Positions 1-5,449 of a DNA stretch of 64,000 bases are shown in pieces. The stretch is taken from positions 32,001 to 96,000 of IMG/VR virus record IMGVR_UViG_3300032315_001401, one strand, 5' to 3'. How positions within the stretch are numbered: the first letter of the stretch is position 1; each line of letters opens with the position of its first letter. Both the position numbers and the translations under genes were made by a program. This stretch comes from a virus. The notes under the pieces are model-generated. The model ran no database searches. It was given only the letters and a program-made list of their open reading frames with translations, and was not told the DNA's origin.

Positions 1-19
1 ACACCCCAATATTTGTTTT

Positions 20-27
20 TATAAATA
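20..27 (+). promoter_or_regulatory. T4-type late promoter (gp55) for HNH gene
   Basis: TATAAATA 25 nt upstream of the ATG at 52. Confidence 0.65.
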
Positions 28-51
28 AGATTAGCACCTAATGTTAATCTT

Positions 52-396
52 ATGAAATGTGTTTGGCATCTATGTTTAGAAGAAGCAGTGCTCTACAATG
101 GTAGAGGTAAGTTTTGTTCTAAGCAATGTAAGAACAAATACTATGTAGACCAGAAAAGAAAGAAACTCAAGCAAGACAGTATAGCATATAAAGGTGGTGC
201 TTGTCAATGCTGTGGTTACAATCGCTCACATTGGGCTTTAGAGTTTCACCATTTGGACCCCAAAGAAAAAGATTTTCATCTGTCTAAAGGTGGTCATACT
301 AGAAGTTGGGAAAAAGTCAAAGAAGAATTAAACAAATGCATTCTAGTATGCTCTAACTGCCATTCTGAAATTCATCACGGAATTCGCAATGTATAA
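52..396 (+). CDS. HNH homing endonuclease, antisense to the tRNA array
   Basis: CQCCGY...LEFHH...KCILVCSNCHSEIH zinc-finger/HNH motifs. Confidence 0.85.
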   Translation: MKCVWHLCLEEAVLYNGRGKFCSKQCKNKYYVDQKRKKLKQDSIAYKGGACQCCGYNRSHWALEFHHLDPKEKDFHLSKGGHTRSWEKVKEELNKCILVCSNCHSEIHHGIRNV

Positions 397-441
397 GGAG
401 AAGGAGAGCTCTTGGACGAATCCGCAGGATCACTTCCCCAG

Positions 442-512
442 TGGAGAATAGCAGAATCGAACTGCTAATAAGTGCTTGCAAAGCACCCGTTATACCGTTT
501 AACTAATTCCCC
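442..512 (-). tRNA. tRNA-Ala(UGC)
   Basis: Cloverleaf; G3:U70; loop TT TGC AA. Confidence 0.92.
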
Positions 513-516
513 AAAT

Positions 517-591
517 TGGAGGCGGGGGGTGGAGTTGAACCACCTACCTGAAGCTTATGAGACTTCTGTGCAACCATTACACTTCCCCACG
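517..591 (-). tRNA. tRNA-Met(CAU), initiator-like acceptor, CCA encoded
   Basis: Loop CT CAT AA; C1 unpaired; ends TCCA. Confidence 0.85.
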
Positions 592-652
592 ATGAAGGGT
601 TAAGTGTGGTATGCCTTAAGGACATATCAGGGACTTAACCTCTGTCTTTTAT

Positions 653-681
653 ATATTAGGGTATTTTCAAAAATTTGTCAA
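653..681 (-). promoter_or_regulatory. sigma70-type early promoter
   Basis: TTGACA-17nt-TAATAT upstream of tRNA-Met/Ala. Confidence 0.75.
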
Positions 682-685
682 CCCC

Positions 686-1156
686 CTACTGAAACAAATA
701 GTCCTTCCATTCAAAAACTTTTGTTTTCTGAATATCAAGTATCACTCTACTAATTGGTGCTTGTGGAATACTCTTTAAGACCATATTAGTCTCTTTAAGA
801 AGTTTATTTCCTTTTTTAAGATTACAAGATGTGCAACAAGCAACTAAATTATCCCAAGTATCTTGACCACCTTTTGATCGGGGAATTATGTGGTCAATTG
901 TAAGGTCATTTTTAGACCCACAATACTGACATTCATAATCATCCCGTTTATAGATGAGAGCTCTCGTTGGGTAATCTGATCTTCCATAGGAAAATGGAAT
1001 TTTCACATAATTCACCAAACGAATAATTCTCTTGGAGATAAGTTTTGCTTTCTGTTTAAAAAGTAAAACAATTGCACGTTTCCAATTAGTGAAGTGTAGT
1101 GGCTCGTAAGAACTATTCAAAACTAGTATAGTTGAGTATGGTTCTACTAATTCCAT
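686..1156 (-). CDS. HNH endonuclease (McrA/HNH_5-like)
   Basis: LVLNSSYEPL N-terminus; CQYCG...LTIDHIIPRSKGG...W.NLVACC..CN; start reassigned to 1156 because the longer ORF runs through tRNAs. Confidence 0.88.
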   Translation of the reverse strand: MELVEPYSTILVLNSSYEPLHFTNWKRAIVLLFKQKAKLISKRIIRLVNYVKIPFSYGRSDYPTRALIYKRDDYECQYCGSKNDLTIDHIIPRSKGGQDTWDNLVACCTSCNLKKGNKLLKETNMVLKSIPQAPISRVILDIQKTKVFEWKDYLFQ

Positions 1157-1193
1157 TTTCCTATCACACCTCTCGTTGCTATTTAGATTTAAA

Positions 1194-1270
1194 TGGCACC
1201 CTCTGCAAGATTCGAACTTGCGACTTCTTGGTTCGTAGCCAAGCACTCTGGTCCACTGAGTTAAGAGGGC
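1194..1270 (-). tRNA. tRNA-Arg(ACG)
   Basis: Stem cttgg/ccaag, loop CT ACG AA, CCA encoded. Confidence 0.93.
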
Positions 1271-1273
1271 AGG

Positions 1274-1345
1274 CGAAGGATGAGGGACTTGAACCCCCAC
1301 TAACGGTTTTGGAGACCGTCGTGCTACCAATTACACCAATCCAAC
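1274..1345 (-). tRNA. tRNA-Trp(CCA)
   Basis: Stem acggt/accgt, loop CT CCA AA; two U-U mismatches in acceptor stem. Confidence 0.8.
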
Positions 1346-1349
1346 AAGG

Positions 1350-1423
1350 TGTCCGTGAGAGGACTCGAACCTCCAACAAATAGATCCTTAGTCTATTGCC
1401 TCTTCCAATTGGGCTACACGGAC
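1350..1423 (-). tRNA. tRNA-Leu(AAG), short variable region
   Basis: Stem ataga/tctat, loop CT AAG GA; acceptor gtccgtg/cacggac. Confidence 0.85.
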
Positions 1424-1426
1424 GAG

Positions 1427-1498
1427 TTCCAGAACTAGGATTCGAACCTAGATAAACTCCTTCAAAGGGAGGTGTCCTGCCAGTTAGACGATTCTGGA
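1427..1498 (-). tRNA. tRNA-Gln(UUG)
   Basis: U1:A72, loop CT TTG AA. Confidence 0.9.
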
Positions 1499-1503
1499 TT
1501 AGG

Positions 1504-1577
1504 AGTTCAGGGTGGGATTCGAACCCACGATAAGAAGTTTTGCAGACTTCCGCATTCGACCACTCTGCCACCTGAAC
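1504..1577 (-). tRNA. tRNA-Cys(GCA)
   Basis: Loop CT GCA AA, U73. Confidence 0.92.
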
Positions 1578-1579
1578 GG

Positions 1580-1651
1580 GGTGTCGTATGAGAATTGAAC
1601 TCATCTCCTCTGTTTCACAAACAGATGCCTTGACCACTAGGCTAACGACAC
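1580..1651 (-). tRNA. tRNA-His(GUG)
   Basis: Loop TT GTG AA, C73; no genomic G-1. Confidence 0.9.
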
Positions 1652-1652
1652 A

Positions 1653-1724
1653 AGGCAGTAGGTAGAATTGAACTACCGACATAGAGGGTATGAATCTCTT
1701 GTTCTACCACTGAACTACACTGCC
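1653..1724 (-). tRNA. tRNA-Met(CAU), probably elongator
   Basis: Loop TT CAT AC, paired G1:C72; Ile2 not excluded. Confidence 0.8.
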
Positions 1725-1726
1725 AA

Positions 1727-1811
1727 CGGAGAGTAGAGGATTCGAACCTCTGGTGCTGTTACACACAAGACCTTTCCAAGATCTCACCATAAACCACTCG
1801 GACAACTCTCC
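1727..1811 (-). tRNA. tRNA-Ser(GGA)
   Basis: Loop TT GGA AA, long variable arm, G73. Confidence 0.92.
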
Positions 1812-1815
1812 AAGG

Positions 1816-1898
1816 CGGAAGATGTTGGATTCGAACCAACGGAGGTTTTATCCTCACGGTTTAGCAAACCGCTGCATTAACCGCTCTGCCAATCTTCC
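1816..1898 (-). tRNA. tRNA-Ser(GCU)
   Basis: Loop TT GCT AA, long variable arm, G73. Confidence 0.92.
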
Positions 1899-1903
1899 AA
1901 GTA

Positions 1904-1992
1904 GGGAGAGGGTGGAATCGAACCACCATTGCCAATGGACGGAATCGAACCGTCTCTGATACCGTCGTATCCACCATCCAAGGTGCTCTCCC
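1904..1992 (-). ncRNA. tRNA-like RNA with two TTCGATT arms
   Basis: Acceptor gggagag/ctctccc enclosing cacc/ggtg, gatac/gtatc, gacgg-TTCGATT-ccgtc and ggtgg-TTCGATT-ccacc hairpins. Confidence 0.7.
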
Positions 1993-1995
1993 AAG

Positions 1996-2067
1996 TGGAA
2001 CCGACAAGATTTGAACTTGTGACCGCTCGGTTATCAGCCGAGTGCTCTACCACTGAGCTACGGTTCC
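1996..2067 (-). tRNA. tRNA-Ile(GAU)
   Basis: Stem ctcgg/ccgag, loop CT GAT AA. Confidence 0.93.
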
Positions 2068-2072
2068 ATCAA

Positions 2073-2184
2073 GGTAGGGGTCGATATCAACAACCTACCA
2101 GTTTCAGTTTTCGGACTGAAAAACCTATCACTAACCAACCGAAGTTTCATAACGGAGGAAGTGAATCTCCGTGACCATAAGGTC
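2073..2184 (-). ncRNA. multi-hairpin structured RNA of unknown class
   Basis: Five hairpins in about 110 nt including C(UUCG)G; fills the Phe-Ile spacer. Confidence 0.55.
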
Positions 2185-2187
2185 AAG

Positions 2188-2261
2188 AGGGAACAATCGG
2201 ATTTGAACCGATAACACCTTGATCTTCAATCAAGTGCTCTACCAATTGGAGCTATGTTCCC
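2188..2261 (-). tRNA. tRNA-Phe(GAA)
   Basis: Stem cttga/tcaag, loop TT GAA GA. Confidence 0.92.
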
Positions 2262-2264
2262 AAG

Positions 2265-2336
2265 TCCAGAAGGTTGGATTTGAACCAACGTCCTCACCGC
2301 CCCAAACGGTGCCGTCTACCGCTGACTTACTCCTGG
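2265..2336 (-). tRNA. tRNA-Pro(UGG)
   Basis: C1:G72, loop TT TGG GG, A73. Confidence 0.9.
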
Positions 2337-2337
2337 A

Positions 2338-2412
2338 TGGTAGTCTCGAAGGGATTTGAACCCTCGTTTTTGCTGTGAAAGAGCAACGTCCTAACCATTA
2401 GACGACGAGACC
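2338..2412 (-). tRNA. tRNA-Glu(UUC)
   Basis: Stem ttgct/agcaa, loop CT TTC AC, CCA encoded. Confidence 0.92.
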
Positions 2413-2460
2413 TTGATGCTACAACCACCAAGGAGGGACACTCCATCGGCAGCGTAGCAA

Positions 2461-2533
2461 CGACCCTAACGGGATTCGAACCCGTGATACCACCGTGACA
2501 GGGTAGCGTGATAGACCACTTCACTATAGGGTC
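2461..2533 (-). tRNA. tRNA-Asp(GUC)
   Basis: Loop CT GTC AC, G73. Confidence 0.92.
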
Positions 2534-2579
2534 AAGAGCACAATCCACTACCAATGGTATCATTGGGCAGATCATGCAG

Positions 2580-2670
2580 TGGGAGAGGAGGGAATTGAAC
2601 CCCCGATGGTTCCGATGTAACGGTTTTACAGACCGCAGCCACACATATTGCCAACAGTAGCCACTCTCCC
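2580..2670 (-). tRNA. tRNA-Tyr(GUA) with enlarged D-arm
   Basis: Loop CT GTA AA, long variable arm. Confidence 0.88.
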
Positions 2671-2743
2671 AGATAGGTTCAATTGAGTTACGGCACTGAG
2701 AAGCATTAGATCTCCCCCAAGAGTCCGTTTCAAGAGAACCTAA

Positions 2744-2815
2744 TGGGACATCTCGGATTCGAACCGAGGACTAACCGGTTAAAAGCCGGATACTCTACCG
2801 CTGAGTTAATGTCCC
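2744..2815 (-). tRNA. tRNA-Lys(UUU)
   Basis: Loop CT TTT AA. Confidence 0.92.
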
Positions 2816-2913
2816 ACATAATATGGATAAATATTCGGTTGTCTAGGTTCGGTGTGGTCTCTCTCGACCACTTGATTAGAATACCACCGTTTGGTCTCTG
2901 GGGGGAGATTGGT

Positions 2914-2935
2914 GGACACTTAGGAAACTGTCACA
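2914..2935. promoter_or_regulatory. dyad motif copy 1 (TGTG(A/C)CAGTTT-N3-AAGTG-type)
   Basis: ggacacttaggaaactgtcaca; related copies at 6253, 35143, 37362, 38336. Confidence 0.6.
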
Positions 2936-3002
2936 AGCAACAAAAAAGGGGAGGAAACTTTTGGTTTCTCTCCCCTGTCTTTTTGCTTTTATGGATTACA
3001 TC

Positions 3003-3104
3003 TTACATAAGACTTTCCATATCCGCAAACAGGGGAGCACCCTCAATATGCCAATAGCGGCAATCGAGAATACTAAACTGTTTTGTGGGCATTGGGAAAG
3101 TCAT
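3003..3104 (-). CDS. small hypothetical protein (33 aa), or structured RNA
   Basis: MTFPMPTKQFSILDCRYWHIEGAPLFADMESLM downstream of TATAAATA at 3126-3133. Confidence 0.45.
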   Translation of the reverse strand: MTFPMPTKQFSILDCRYWHIEGAPLFADMESLM

Positions 3105-3157
3105 TGTTTTCGACCTAAGTGTTTTTATTTATAAGACTTTTTTTTCAAAAAGTCAAG

Positions 3158-3231
3158 CGTCTCAGGTTGGATTCGAACCAACGGCTAACCGCTTAGAAGG
3201 CGGATACTCTTGTCCACTGAGTTACTGAGAC
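3158..3231 (-). tRNA. tRNA-Arg(UCU)
   Basis: Loop CT TCT AA. Confidence 0.92.
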
Positions 3232-3236
3232 ATAAA

Positions 3237-3300
3237 GTAGGTTCCTATCGCCGCCACTCCTGAACCTACCGAAGGGGAGTGTCGCAGTTGATTTCTCAAC
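3237..3300 (-). ncRNA. leader RNA with hairpin plus H-type pseudoknot
   Basis: S1 cgacactcc/ggagtggcg, S2 gtaggttc/gaacctac. Confidence 0.55.
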
Positions 3301-3306
3301 CCTGAT

Positions 3307-3335
3307 ATTATAAGGTATTAAGGGTCGCTCGTCAA
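3307..3335 (-). promoter_or_regulatory. strong sigma70-type early promoter of the tRNA array
   Basis: TTGACG-17nt-TATAAT. Confidence 0.8.
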
Positions 3336-3520
3336 GCCTTTTCTTCCTTACGGGCGTTCTTTTCTTCAGTGATTTCGGTTCTACGGGCTTTGACCAGTTT
3401 GGCGACTTCCTGAAGTGCTTTACGAGCACGAGTGCCTGCTGCATTGTTTCCAGCAACAAACTTTTCGTCTTCTACTTTCCACGCTTCAACAGCATTCAGT
3501 AGTTCTTGTGATACGGACAT
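3332..3520 (-). CDS. histone H1-like (Hc1-family) small basic protein
   Basis: GNNAAGTRARKALQEVAKL motif; GGAG SD before ATG 3520. Confidence 0.6.
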   Translation of the reverse strand: MSVSQELLNAVEAWKVEDEKFVAGNNAAGTRARKALQEVAKLVKARRTEITEEKNARKEEKA

Positions 3521-3553
3521 AATAATCTCCAAAAATAAGATATGTTTATATAG

Positions 3554-3961
3554 TTAATTTTTAGGGCAATCATCAACCCAAGGAGCACAGATTCTCATTT
3601 CTCCTCCTAAAAGTCTTGATTCTCCTGTTTGAAGATTTGGATCAATTGGTTTTTCAGAATATCTTGGTCGATATTTTTGATCCGCTTCTTGAATAATTCT
3701 ATCATACTCTGGAGTTACATCACGAATTGCTTTGTCTACATCTCTTACAATTCTTCGATTCAACTTTTCAGGGTCCTTGATAATAAACTCATTTAAAATA
3801 GTTTGCGGAAAATATTTTCTTTGAATTTCATCTAGTAAATCCCAAAGACCATTTTCCGACACTCCAGTGCATTGTGAGAGTGCTGCAATAATAGAAGATA
3901 ATGCAATTCCTATAATTGCATATTGCTTTATATCCGGTTTCTTTTTACCAAACTTAAACAT
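3554..3961 (-). CDS. hypothetical membrane-anchored protein
   Basis: N-terminal hydrophobic helix AIIGIALSSIIAAL. Confidence 0.7.
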   Translation of the reverse strand: MFKFGKKKPDIKQYAIIGIALSSIIAALSQCTGVSENGLWDLLDEIQRKYFPQTILNEFIIKDPEKLNRRIVRDVDKAIRDVTPEYDRIIQEADQKYRPRYSEKPIDPNLQTGESRLLGGEMRICAPWVDDCPKN

Positions 3962-3967
3962 AAAAGA

Positions 3968-4174
3968 TTAAAATGACAAATCACTTCTCTTTACTCTGGA
4001 TTTCATTGCTCGTTGTCTTTGATTATGCCTTGTAGATGCTTCAAAATCTCCTTTCTGCGATGCTTCCTTTTCTGACTTTTTAGCAGCAGTCATTTGTTTT
4101 TTGATGCGGTTTTCTTTTTCCTTACTCATTCCTTGATAGGACATTTCTGAAATAAAATCTTTAAAAGTTTTCAT
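3968..4174 (-). CDS. small basic protein with T4-like capsid-targeting N-terminus
   Basis: MKTFKDFISE resembles T4 internal-protein MKTYQEFIAE. Confidence 0.65.
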   Translation of the reverse strand: MKTFKDFISEMSYQGMSKEKENRIKKQMTAAKKSEKEASQKGDFEASTRHNQRQRAMKSRVKRSDLSF

Positions 4175-4301
4175 TTGAATAAAAAGAGGAGGTTTATGGC
4201 ACTCCCCCTATTTATTCTATTGTATCAAACTTCTACCTTGATCAGACGGGATGCATAATCATAAGCATAAGATGTGCGAGCACCATGATATCCCCAACCA
4301 A

Positions 4302-4673
4302 TTATCCAAGAATACTTTCTCTCCAATCTTCACTCATATTCACCATAATGACTTCTGCTTGTTCTTGTGTTTCAGCATAACCTTCATCAAGGAGATGTGA
4401 GAGGATGATGTCGTAAATATCTACTTGTTCTTGAGTTTTTTTCATATTTCTTTCACTTTTAGACATTTTTCCAGTCATACTACCAAAATTTGTAGTGCCC
4501 AACATTCCATATTGTTTATTACCAAAAAATGAGGGATTTTGTTTTGCTTTTCTTACTGTTGGTTTTTCCTGTCCCACTTTTTCAGGATTTATTTTCTTTT
4601 TGTAATCATTCCCTTCTTTCATAACAACTTCCATATATGCTTCTTGAAGATTGCGAAGTTCTTGTGAGTTCAT
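4302..4673 (-). CDS. modular Lys-rich late protein (EGYA-module family)
   Basis: ELRNLQEAY N-module, YDIILSHLLDEGYAE...MSEDW C-module; TATAAATA at 4693-4700. Confidence 0.8.
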   Translation of the reverse strand: MNSQELRNLQEAYMEVVMKEGNDYKKKINPEKVGQEKPTVRKAKQNPSFFGNKQYGMLGTTNFGSMTGKMSKSERNMKKTQEQVDIYDIILSHLLDEGYAETQEQAEVIMVNMSEDWRESILG

Positions 4674-4695
4674 CTTAAAACTACTTTTTTAGTAT

Positions 4696-5346
4696 TTATA
4701 AAACTCTACCATACCGAAAACCATCTGGAACCTTATCAGTAGCATTTATATATTTATTTTCATTTCCATTCGTAATCCATTTTTTACCATAACAAGGATT
4801 TTTCTCACCAAGTTTTGCCTCAATATGTTTCCTTTTTGTCCCCGGATTTTGATGGGATTTGATTGCTGCCTGTCTATGTTTCTCAATTACTTCTGGTTGA
4901 TTGTGTGATAGTTTTCCACTTATACTTTTTTTCTTTTTAATTTCTGGATTACTCAAAGTCTTAATCAAGTTTTTTCTTGCTTTCTCTTTGAGTTCTGGAT
5001 TACTCATAGGATTATATTCTGTTTTCATCAACTCACTTCTTTTTTTGTTTGCTTCTTTACTTGGTCCTTTATTACAATAAAATCCAGTAGAAGTTTGTTT
5101 TGCTCTATTAGCAAAGTGTGGATTTTTATCTACCTCATAAAAATTATGAAGAGCACATTCTGCTTCAAGTGCCTCTTCTACACTATCAAAAGTTTCTAAA
5201 ATAATTTTTTGAGTTGGATTGAAAATTTTATCGTGAAAACTTCCAAAATAACTTACATCTTCCTCTGGAAGACAACTGCATTCTCTTTTTCCAATATAAC
5301 CTCTTCCATACTCCTCATAGGAATAATACACATAAAAGTGTTTCAT
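4696..5346 (-). CDS. Seg-like GIY-YIG homing endonuclease
   Basis: YVYYSYEEYGRGYIGKR...YFGS; basic C-terminal NUMOD-like region; late promoter at 5375-5382. Confidence 0.82.
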   Translation of the reverse strand: MKHFYVYYSYEEYGRGYIGKRECSCLPEEDVSYFGSFHDKIFNPTQKIILETFDSVEEALEAECALHNFYEVDKNPHFANRAKQTSTGFYCNKGPSKEANKKRSELMKTEYNPMSNPELKEKARKNLIKTLSNPEIKKKKSISGKLSHNQPEVIEKHRQAAIKSHQNPGTKRKHIEAKLGEKNPCYGKKWITNGNENKYINATDKVPDGFRYGRVL

Positions 5347-5449
5347 AGTTCTACTCTAACTTGTGTGGTATTACTATTTATACAAGAAAGGAGTGCCGAA
5401 GCACTCCAATCATACCTGAAAAGTTACCACACAAGTCAGGTAAAATTAT

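Noticed and set aside
1904-2184. tmRNA, hammerhead or theta/HDV ribozyme assignment for the array ncRNAs
   Set aside because: Too short for tmRNA and no tag ORF; no CUGAUGA/GAAA core; HDV P3/P1.1/J4-2 topology could not be fitted by eye.
1194-3231. Regularly recurring ttcgaacc/ttgaac motifs resembling a CRISPR or repeat array
   Set aside because: They are tRNA T-loops read on the plus strand; there are no identical direct repeats with unique spacers and no cas genes.
1132-3459. ORF-track calls across the tRNA array (1132-1383, 1179-1682, 1753-1959, 1929-2174, 2327-2644, 2743-3057, 3193-3459) and the 58-aa extension of the HNH ORF to 1330
   Set aside because: They are chance read-throughs of tRNA and structured-RNA sequence, with no SD signal or protein-like composition.
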